From: Ginglymostoma cirratum
Lineage: Eukaryota
DNA length: 64,000 bases
Reading direction: 5' to 3'
Assembly: GCA_024137785.1 (NCBI GenBank)
Contig: JAHRHZ010000144.1
Location: 36,420,672 to 36,484,671, forward strand
The notes under the pieces are model-generated. The model searched no databases and was not told the DNA's origin. It saw only the letters and a list, made by a program, of their open reading frames with translations. Made by a program: the position numbers and the translations under genes. This document shows positions 12,801-24,800 of this stretch, piece by piece (the first letter of the stretch is position 1; each line of letters starts with the position of its first letter).

Positions 12801-15800
12801 GTAAGTAACATGGAAACTAACTGAAGAAACATAACGCAATGTTTTTGTGTCATGATCATCTTCCTAACACATTAGCATGCATTTTTCTATTTGTGAACAA
12901 AACACACTGTTTTTGACTGCACAGAATAGTTACTACTTGTGCTGCCTGAAAGCTGTGATTATGAAACACTGATACTCCTTGGTGAGTAGCAAATATATCA
13001 TGCTGCAATTATAGTGGCTTTATACCGTGTAAACCTTACCACCTGAAAACATTATCGCATGATGAAAAGCATTGACTTTGAAGGATGGCTTCAATGTATC
13101 AATTTACCTCGAAGAACTAAAACCAAGTTTACAGCATTTGATGGTCTTAGTCAATTATATTGCTCTGCTTGCATCGCTGTCGTTTCTTTACCAACTGAAA
13201 ATGGCACGTGGCATCTAAGTGTCTGATTCACATCAAACCATCTTCAGAAATGTGCAAAAAAAAGCAACAAATAAAATCCAATGTATTTGTGTTCAACTCC
13301 AAATTTTAGCGAGAAAGACACCATCACCTGGAGATGGAGACAGGAAACCACTTAAACCAGGTGCAGGAAGGCCACCCTCAGAAGAGCCACCTTTTGCAGG
13401 GTTCCAGCTCAAAGCAGTCCCACTGAAATTTGTGAAAGAACTTAAAGATGTCGTACTGGAAGAAGCTGAGTCTATAGGGTCTTCTGCCGTGTTCGAATGT
13501 CAGATCTCCCCATCTACAGCGCAAACATCTTGGATGAAAGATGGGGGCACTGTGAGAGAAGGCCCTAAATACAAATTTACCTCCGATGGCAAAGATAGAA
13601 AGTTACAAATCATTGATGTGCAGCTTTCAGATACTGGTGAATATAGCTGTGTAGGTCGCCTCGGCAAACAAGAAAAGACATCTACAGCAAAACTAATTGT
13701 TGAAGGTACTTTACATTGCTCTTTGATATATTGCACAGTGCAAACCAAGAACAAGATTGCACAACGTATTAGCATAGTTCAATCCTGCTGAATTTAATTG
13801 TTAAACTCAAATGGTCGTGCATACTATTATACACGGCTTACTAGATTAGGATCGTTAGATTTAACAGAAAGCTTTTGAACATTTTTTATAAAATTAATAC
13901 TCGGCTTATTGTAGAAAATTCATTGATATTTTCCCCAAATATTTTAGAAGTACCGGTGGCATTCTATAAAACATTGGATGAGGAAATAACCATCTTCAAA
14001 GGACAGCCCCTTTATTTGACCTGTGAACTGACCAAAGACAAACCAGTGATTTGGAAGAAGGATGGTGAGCCTCTACCAGAGGAATCTGAGAAGTACTCAA
14101 TTAGTGTCATTGGGTTGCAGCGTTGCATTACGATCACCAGTGCGGATTTTGATGATGCTGGAGTATATTCTGTTGAGACTGCTAACATAAGATGTGAGGG
14201 TAAAGTTAATGTACAAGGTTAGTATATATTCTCGTTCTTGCATAATTGAGGTAACAGTGAAAGGATTTGAGGGCTAGTTTTTGTTTACGCTCGTTTTTCC
14301 ATTGTAGAGATTGTAAGGAAATGGTTTGTTAAACCAGTTCGGGACCAGAGGGTCAAGCAAAAAGAAACTGCCGTCTTCGAATGTGAACTTGCAAAAGATA
14401 CGCCAAACTTCAAGTGGTTCAAAGGGGAAGAGGAGATTCCCATGGAACCCACTGCAAAAACTGAAATTAAAAAAGTTGGCAAAATTCTTAGTCTTATTGT
14501 GAAAAATGCAACACCAGAAGATATGGCTGAATACACAGTGGAGGTTGAGGGGCAGGCTTCAACAGCCAATCTGATTGTTGATGGTAAGTTTCATAATTCT
14601 TATAGAAATGTATGCTCCTTTGCCCTCCCAGCACTGACAATCTGTATGTTATTAATAATTTTAGGTAGGGCGCACACATGGTATTCACATGTCATAAGTC
14701 TTACTGTCAAAATTTTTGGTCACCATTGTAAATTGTATAATCAGTATTTCCCATTCTTTTCCTACTTGGTCTAAAGGAAGCTAGCAGCAGGCTTTAGTCG
14801 CAATCCGGCTTTTGAACTAGAAGCTGAATCTTGTACACACTGACATATGGGAAATGCCACAGGGAAATCACTAATTTAAGAAGATGTTAACAATGTGAAA
14901 TAGACAGCTCTGACTAATGATTGTTTATATGTTCCTTTATAGAATTAAACAGTCTTACAACACAGAAGGGAGCCATTGAATAATTTCACTTAATCCTATT
15001 TCCTGACTTTTCTCTAGAAACTTTGAATTTTTTAAAGTATCTGAAATGCTATGATGATTTTTCAAGTTTGCTTCTGACAGTATCCTGTCGACATTCTAGT
15101 CTAATGGGAAAATTACATTTTACACTCTCTGTTTAGAACGGGAGATTGATATACTTTCAGAACTACAAAGCGTTGAAGTGTATGAGAAAGAAACGGCCAC
15201 CTTCGAAACTGAGATCTCACAGGATGTCCCAGTTGAGTGGAAGCTCAAGGGAGAAATCCTCCGCCCATCACCGGTAGGCGTTCCTTCAAAACTGAAATCT
15301 TTAGCATGAGAAAAGGGAAAAAAGCAAGATTGTCAAGTTGTGTTGTTAAAAACTTTAAATTCTGATTTTTTTTTAAATGTAGACATGTGAAATGAAAGCA
15401 GAAGGCACAAAACGTTTCTTGATCCTTCATGATGTCAAACTGGATCAAGCTGGTGAAGTTGTCTTCAGGGCACGGAATGCTACATCCATTGCTTATCTGA
15501 GAGTGAAAGGTACCTCTTATTCTTGAAGGAAATATTCAGAGTAGTTTTCTTTATGATGAAAGAGGACAAGAAATTTTAAAGAAAATGCATTTTAATGAAA
15601 GCAAAATTGATTCCTAAAACAAATGTTCTTTTCAGAAATCGAACTTGACTTTGTGACACCACTGAAAGATGTCACTGTTCCTGAAAAGCGCCAGGCACGA
15701 TTTGAGTGTGTGCTTAACAAGGAGGTTCCCAAAATTCTGTGGTCGAAAGGTCCCGACATTCTTAAGGCTGGTGATAAATATGATTTAGTTGCTGATGGAA

Positions 15801-18800
15801 AGAAGCACATTCTTGTTATCAATAACTCAACCTTTGATGACGAGGGAGATTACACCGCTGAAATTGTAGGCAAGAAGTCAACTGCAAAACTGACTGTGAC
15901 TGGTAGGTTTTTTTTAATTAATTGCACTTCATTGTTAAACGTTATAGGGTCTCATTTAACTTAATTCCTCCACTTTGCTTATAGTTTGGTGATGTGGTTT
16001 TGGCATGTGTTTGTGAACTGCTGTTCAAATATTTCAGGGATGTTTTTATTTCTGTTGTCCATCCCTGACTTTGTATTTGTTCTTCTGAAAGTATCTATAC
16101 AAATAAACATGTAAATCTTGTCATTCTAAATATGCCATGTGTATTAAATTAAACCCTGAGTGTGATTTGGGTCATGGCAGTTGGCTTACCCATAAACTTA
16201 GGCTTCATTGTGTAGATCAGAGAGTTGCCGGGCATCTTATTAACACCGTAACAAAGAAGAACTTGTAATTATATCATGGCTTGCATAGTTTTCATACAGT
16301 TTTCAAAGCAGATGTAGATTTCAATTGAATTATTAAGTAGATGGTTTTGAACAGTGGTAATAATTGCTGCATTTGTTACTTCGTATTTCAGGTATGAGGT
16401 TGAAGTTCATTACACCACTAAAAGATCAGACAGTCAAAGAAGGAAACACGGCACATTTTGAATTCGAGCTATCACATGAAAATATGCCAGTGAGTTGGTA
16501 CAGAAATGAAAAGAAAATTCACCCAAGCAGAACTGTTCTGATCTCCACTGATGGGAAGAAGCATATATTAGAAATTAAGGAGGCAACTCTTGATGATACA
16601 TGTCAAATACGAGCAGACGTTGCTCAACTATCCACAAAGGGCTATCTGAACGTCATCGGTAAGAATTTTAAGTAAAGAAATTATTTAGAGTTCTTTTTGC
16701 AATGAGACAGACACTTTGAGCCAAACACAATCACAGAACTTAACACAGTACTGTTATGGTGTAGAAGAGGCCATTCAGCCCATACTGCCTGCACCAGCTC
16801 TTCAAACGAGTGTCCCTACCTCGTGCTCATTTCCTGTTTATCCTTGTGATCCTGGATAATATTTCTATCCAAGTAAACATACAATGCCCTTTTGAATGCC
16901 TCACTTGAATACTTGAATCTGCCTTCACCATATTTCCAAGCAGTGCATTCCACACCCTAACTACCTGCTGAGTGAAAAAGTTATTTCTAATATCACCGTT
17001 GTTTCTTTTACACCACACTTTAAATCTACATCCTCTTGTTCTTGTTCCTTTGGCAAGTGGAAACAGCTCCGTACTGACTCTATCCAGCCCGCTCATGACA
17101 TTGAAAATCTCTACCAAATCTCCTCTCAGCCTTCTTCTCTCCAAGAAAACAGTCTCACCTTCTTCATTCAATCCTCATGAAGCTTCTCATTCCTCAAATC
17201 ATTCTTGTAAATCACTTCATTTTCTCCATGAATTTACATCTTTCTTACCATGTAGCACCTGTAAGTGTACACAATATTCCAGAGTCTAACAAGAGTCTTA
17301 TACTAATCGAGCATCATCTCCTTGCTCTTGTACTCTATTCCCCTATTAATAAAGCTGAGAACATTGGTTTATTAACTGCTCTTTCCACCTGTCCTGCAAT
17401 ATTGAATGTTCTGTACATATGCATATCCAGGTCCCTCTGCTTCTGTACCCTGTTTAGAATTGAACCCACTATTTGTATTGTCTTTCAAAGTTTTTCTGAC
17501 CAAAATGCATCACATCACATTTTTGTTCATTGAACCTGATTTGCCACCTATCTGACTAATCCACAAGCTTGTCAGTGTCCTTTTTGGGTTTGATAACTTT
17601 AGTCTGATGGGTGGGTCTCCTGATATAGTGCTTGAAAAAAAGCACTTCCCACTGTTCCCAGGCAGGCTGGATGAGAAGCTGCAGGGAGACATAACTAAAC
17701 TATACAGCCTCTCTTGTCTGTCTGAGCCATGTTCTAGCTGCGTGCTCCCTAGCTGACACCAGTCACTAATCAGGACAAACATGCTGATGAGGTTAGAGAT
17801 GTGGAGAATAAATTTGAAATGCTTTTATAAAAGAAAAGGTTGCAACTGCAGATAAGCTTGGGATACTTTTGAAGAAGAGAATGCTGGGCATGGATTGCAT
17901 TCAGGACTGAAATTACATTCTGTTTCAGCAGCACTGATACTGCTATGTAGAAATCAATGCAGGTGGATCTAGCTTCCATTTAAAGATGGCATTGCACTTC
18001 TGTTCCCATCAGCTGGTCATATGGTTATGCCCACACCTCCATCACTTACTTGGCAAGCTACTGCATTCCACAGCGCCAGCAATTTCTGCTACTAACAGCA
18101 GTGCCACCCACATCCCCCCCACCCCACTCCCATCACCTAGACCTGCAACCGAATTCTGACTTTAATGTCGTATACAATTGTTCACATAACTGTACAGATA
18201 AAGCAAACATCAAGGACATGAGGTGTTTGTGATTATTCATTTCTTGAATAGTTGTAAAATTATACTTTTGTGAGAAGTATTCTCTTTCTCACAGCAGAGT
18301 ATCAGCTGTTTATCTTACATCCACAGAGGCGGATCCTTATTTCACCGTGAAACTGCAAGATTATACTGCTGTCGAGAAAGATGAAGTCACCCTGGAATGT
18401 GAAGTCAGCAAGGATGTACCTGTAAAGTGGCTGAAGGATGGCACGGAAATCATAGCATCAAAGACAGTTTCAATTAAAGCTGTTGATAAACGCCGAATTT
18501 TGACAATCAAAAAAGTTGACATTAAAGACAAGGGTACATTTGAGTGTGATTGTGGAACTGATAAGACAAAAGCCATTTTGAACATTGAAGGTATATGCTT
18601 TATAAATGAGTGTACATAGATGTTTAAAAAAATCATTACGCAATGATCTTTCTTGATGTGTCGCTAAACGCATTTTTAATTCTGGTTACAGCTCGTATCA
18701 TCAAGGTGCTGCGTCCATTGCATAACGTAGAAATCTTTGAAGGTGAAAATGCACACTTTGAAGTAGAAATCTCAGAAGATGATGTGCACCCTCAATGGAA

Positions 18801-21800
18801 GCTGAAGGGTGAAGCCTTGCTACTGTCTCCTGTAAGTTGTTTCCTTAATTTAGTTCAACATTGCTGCCCTTAAATTGGCAGTAAAGAATTTTACATCAGA
18901 ATTGTGGTAATTCAAAATAATTTATTAAAGTCATTATTAGAAAATCTGCCTCCAAATAAATGTTCAGCCAAACTTTACAGCCTGTGTGGTAATGTAAGAA
19001 GAAAGGTTGGAGAAAGTTTAGTACAATTGAACTCCATGTTAATGTATTTTGGACTATTTTGTGTTGACAGCAATGTGAGATTGTTGAGGACGGCAAGAAG
19101 CACATTTTGACTCTGTACAATTGCAAGTTAAGTGATTCTGGAGAAGTTTCATTCCAGGCTGCTAATGCTAAGTGTGCAGCTAATCTGAAAGTCAAAGGTA
19201 TTCTTATAATCCATTTAGAAGAATTTGTAAACATTTTCTTGAGATGTAATTATTTAAATCGAGGCAAGTAATTTAGTAACATAGTGCTGTCCCTGTAAAC
19301 TGAATGTCTGATTTCCATCTGTAACATATGTATTTGAAAATGTATATATTTTTGTCTCTGTGGATTATTAGTCTAATCGCTTTACTCCCTATACTCCCTT
19401 TCAGAAATTCCACTCACCTTCATTGTACCACTTAATGATGTGAAAGTATATGAGAAAGATGAAGCAAAATTTGAATGTGAAGTGTCCAGGGAGCCCAAAA
19501 CATTCCGTTGGCTGAAAGGAACTGAGGAGATTAAACCTAGTGCTAAATTTGAAATGTTAGCAGAAGGAACAAAACATACATTGTTAGTTAAACAAGCTGC
19601 ATTTGATGATGAGGCAAAATATATGTTTGAAGCAGAGGACAAGAGGACAAGTGGCAAACTGATTATTCAAGGCAAGTGAAAGGATTAAAACAGCAATATA
19701 TAAATTCCTTAGTAGACAAACTGTTCTCTTGTTAAATGTAGCTTGAATTTTAAAAAAAATACTTTATTCTTAGGCATACGGCTTGAATTCACCAAACCTC
19801 TTGAAGACCAGACAGTAAAAGAACGTGAAACAGCAGAATTTGTCACTGAACTGTCTCATGACAACATACCGGTTGTATGGTACAAAAATGACAAACGCCT
19901 ACATCCAAGTAGGTCAGTGACTATGAAGGATGAAGGTAAAGTCCATTCTATCACATTCAAAGATGTGACCATTGATGATACTTCCCTCATCAAAGTTGAA
20001 GCTATGGATAAAAGTTCCGAGGCCAAACTTACTGTACTCGGTAAATATATATGGGAACACGCAAACTGTTTTTCCTAACCTAACTTTGATCTGAAACATT
20101 GTATTCCTTATTTGACCTCTCTAATTTGCTTTGTTTTCTGACTTTCTTAGAGGGTGATCCATATTTTATCAGCAAATTACAGGATTACACAGCAGTAGAA
20201 AAAGATGAAGTTATCCTCCAGTGTGAAGTCAGTAAAGCTGCTGCTCCAGTTAAATGGTTTAAGGATGGAAAAGAGCTAATTCCTTCTAAGAACATTCAGA
20301 TTAAAACAGATGGAAAGAAACGCATATTGGTTATTAAACGGGTCCTGAAGAGTGATCAGGGACAATATTCATGTGACTGTGGCACTGACAATACATCAGC
20401 CAAACTAAATATCGAGGGTAGGAATAACTAAATGTTGTCTTATTGTAACACTTTGAAATGCACAATTACCTCTGTCCTTTATTGTTGTAACTAGAATTGC
20501 ATTTTCATTAACTTTGATGATTTTATTTTCAAAAACGATAATGACTTGCTGTTCCTTGACAATAACAATTTACATTATTTTGCTTCAGAACGTGATATTA
20601 AAATACTACGTCCGCTGTATAGTGTTGAAATCACAGAAACCGAAACTGCCCGCTTTGATACTGAAATTTCTGAAGATGATGTACATGGCAATTGGAAGCT
20701 AAAGGGGGAGAATTTACACCCATCTCCGGTGAGTTTTAACATGAGCGAGATGCTGAATTCTTTTGACTTCTTTCTATTTTCCATCTTTATCTCCATGTTC
20801 CTTCCTTCAAAACTTTACATGTTTTTTTCTCGTAACAATTTAGGATGTAGAGATCAAAAAAGAAGGCACAAAACATTTTCTTTCACTGTACAACGTACGC
20901 ATGGATCAAGCTGGTGAAGTTGAATTTCAGGCCGCTAATGCCAAAACCAGTGCTCATTTGAGAGTCAAACGTAGGTTGCTCCTTCATATTATATACCAAG
21001 AATATTCATAATCAAGAAATGTGCACTTATAAAATCTTTAAAGGAGATAGGGGAAGCGATGGCTTAGTGGTATAATCACTGGGCTGTTAAGCCAGAGATC
21101 CAGGTAATGTTCTGGAGAAATGGGCTTAAATCCCACTACAGCAGTTGGTAGAATTTGAATTCAATACAAATCCAGAATTAAGAGTCTTATAATGATCATG
21201 CAAACATTGCCAATTGTCAGAGGAAATCATCTGGTTTACTAATGTCCTTTAGGGAAGGCAACTACCATCCTTACCTGGTCTGGACTGCATGTGCCTCCAG
21301 ACCCACAGTAGTGTGGTTGACTATTAACCACCATCTCATTGGGAAATAAATGCTGGCCTAGCCAGTGATGCCCTCATTCTGTGAATGAATAAAAAAAATC
21401 TTTCCATGAATGTTTTATGTACCTTGAAATACCTGCCCCATGATGACATTTTTCATTGTGAACCGATGAGTATAGAGGTTTATAAAATCATGAAGGGCAT
21501 AGACAGGGTGAATAGCCAAGGTCTTTTCCCCGCAGAGTCCAAAACCAGAGGGCATTGGTTTAAGCTGAGAGGAGAAAGATTTAAAAGGGACCTAAGGGGC
21601 AACTTTTTCACGCAGAGGGTGGTGCGTGTATGGAATAAGCTGCCAGAGGAACTGGTGGAGGCTGGTAAAATTGCAACATTTAAGAAGTATCTGGATGGTT
21701 ATATGAATAGGAAGGGTTTAGAGGGATATGGGCCAAATGCTGTCAATAAAATATGCAAATACAGGTTTAAAATTTCTTATTACCCCTTTAGCTAGCCTTA

Positions 21801-24800
21801 GTCCCCTGGATAGTTTAAATAGTTACAGTCTGTTGTGAGTGCTGAAATGCATCTTGAAATTTGAAAAGCAATTTTCTTGAGATTAAACAACATACCAATC
21901 TCTTTTGCATTCAAAGCTCGAGTGATCGGTTTACTTAGACCTCTGAAGGATGTGACAGTTACTGCTGGAGATTCAGCTACCTTTGAATGTGAACTATCGT
22001 ATGAAGGAATTGAAGTCCAGTGGTTCTTGAAGGACAAGTTACTTGAACCCAGTGAAAGAGTACGTCGAGGAGTATTTTGTGTCGTTTCAGAATTCTTAAA
22101 ATTCACAGAGAAGTTAATTTTTTTGAGTGATATCTCATTAATATTTCAATGTGATTTACTTGCACAATTACCCTGAGATTTTATACATTATTGCCTCTGG
22201 TGGTTTGCAGTTCCATTTTGGAAATTGTCTGCACCATTTTCAAGAAATGATGAGTCTTTGACTAACTCATTAAATCTAAACTATTGGGCATTACAAATCA
22301 ATAAGGCTGTGCATTAAACAATGTATACTCTGCAGTTTTCACCGTGTGTGGAAAACAGGGATTATTTAAAATAAAATGTTGAAATACAAAAACAAGATGC
22401 TTTAGATGCTAGGAGCTTGAAATAAGAACAAGGAAATATCGAAATATTGACAAGGTTACCAGTAATTGATCTTGTCATATTCATTTTGTGATCCCTTAAG
22501 AACAGCAGCCACTTATAAAATATGTATTAAAATTGACACAGTCTGTGGTGCTGAGCTGGTAATGTTATTAACTGCTATTCTTTGTAATAAGGCAAAACAT
22601 GGCTAATATTCATGAGCTCCATATGAATGTGAGTGGCTGCAGCAGTAAGGAAAGAAAAATACATTAATGGAACTATTAATGCATGATTGCCAAAACCTTG
22701 AATTTGTAAAACCAAACATCACTAACTTAAAAGTCCAAAATAAACTTGTTTTGCTTTCAATTATCCAAACTGTGTCCAAAAATGCAAGGATAAATTTTAG
22801 ATTAAATATGGCATGAGAAATTTAGGAAATCAAAGAATGTGCAGAAATCTAATACAATTTCTTGGTATTTTGGAACAGTTGAAATGTTACAATAGATTTA
22901 CAAATGTTTGATATACTCCCACTTTTTGAAAGTGGAAAGCATAATCAATATCAAAATGTGATTGTTGTTTCAATGAGTTATCTTTTAACTATTTTAAATA
23001 TGATTTACATAGTCAAAGAGTGAATTTGCTAATAATCTAAAACAATTATTTTGGATCAGGTTGTTACTCGTTCTGAAGGCAGAGTGCACACTTTCACCCT
23101 CAGAAATGTCAAATTAGAGGAGGCTGGTGCAGTCAAACTCACTGCTAAAGACTTTGCAACATCTGCTAAACTTATCGTTAAAGGTGCGTGACGTGGCATA
23201 CAAATGAAATATCAGAGTTTTTTCTAAAAAAACTATATTCGACCACATATTTTACAATTGATGTGTTAAATCTTAATTTAAATCTGATGCAGAGCCACCA
23301 GTTGAATTCACTAAACCTCTGGAGGATCAGACAGTTGAAGAAGAAGCCACTGCAGTATTGGAATGTGAGGTGTCCAGAGAAAATGCCAAAGTTACATGGC
23401 TGAAGGATGGAAAAGAAATTCATAAAACTAAGAAATATGAAATGATTGTTGATGGAAGAGTTAGAAAGCTCATTATCCATGATTGCAAGCCTGAAGATGC
23501 TAAAACATATACATGTGATGCCAAAGACTTCAAGACTTCCTGTTTCCTCACAGTGGAACGTAAGTATTTAGTGAACATAAATCAATGGTGTACACTGTTC
23601 GTAACAAAAGCATTCTGCTCCCAAATTATTGATAAATTTGTTGCTAGTTCTCTACCAATAAGATCTTGTTTCTTCCACAGCTCCTCGTGTTGAATTTATA
23701 AAGCCTTTAACTGATCTTGAGGTGAAAGAAAAAGAAGTTGCCAAATTTGTGTGTGAAGTTTCACGTGAAAATGCAAAGGTTTGCTTTTTGCTTATATCAT
23801 TATATTAATTTTATTTTGTTTTAATTTTTCTGTTATGTTGATAATTAAAACCCAATCATTTTTATTTAAGAAAAGTGATGGATTAGATAGCACTACATTC
23901 CTTGCTGAGACCTACATGTTTTCACTTTTAATTCGCTTGATGTATAATGTTGCAATTGGTGGGTCTTCATCCTGAAGGTAATTTCCCCATAGGCTTTCTT
24001 GTAAATTGGTATTTCCCTCACTTTAGGGTCAGAAAATTATGCGGTTTCCAAAATTTCCATTCTTTCAGGGACTGCATGAATGCACAAGGTCACTGATCCT
24101 CATTTCTTCTGCCCATGTGAAGGCTATCAGTGCCAAATTATATATGAAAGATCCCACGTATAGGGCCAGGTCTGTCCTAAACCCAAACAGCCCAGCCAAA
24201 TGCCATCAATGAGCTCCCCAACCCAAAACATCTTTATCCATTCCATTCCATATACCAACTTTAGTACCACACTTCCTACAATAGCCTGGTACTCCCAAAG
24301 TCAGTGTGCATGTTCTGTCGTGATTCATTATCTTTATAACAGCCACGGATTTCAAGGTCTTATACATGAACGCAGGGTATCATCGCCCTGTTTCTATGAC
24401 CATGAGGTACTTGCACTCAAATGTGCCACGTGGTGTTTTTCAAGAGTAGCCAGAAGGTCCTGAAGTTTGTAACCAATGGCACAATTTGAGATTTCTCAAG
24501 GCTGCAGTTGCATTCTGTTTTCCCTATTTGGCTTTCTGATATTGGGCCAGACCAAAACTTGTGAATCCTGTTATCCAGCGCTAGGACTGAAGGAATTCTG
24601 GAAAGTGTTTGTTAATCGTTAAATAACACTGCTCTAGACTGCTCTTTGTTTACACCTGCATAACATTCTACAATGCTCCTCAGAATGTTTTTGTGACTCA
24701 TTCAGTGGAAACACTCCCTGTAAAGCAAGTTTTACATGATTGCTTCCAGGGGTTTAACAAAGAAATCAATATTTGAATTTCTTTAAAATCTACGTGGTTG

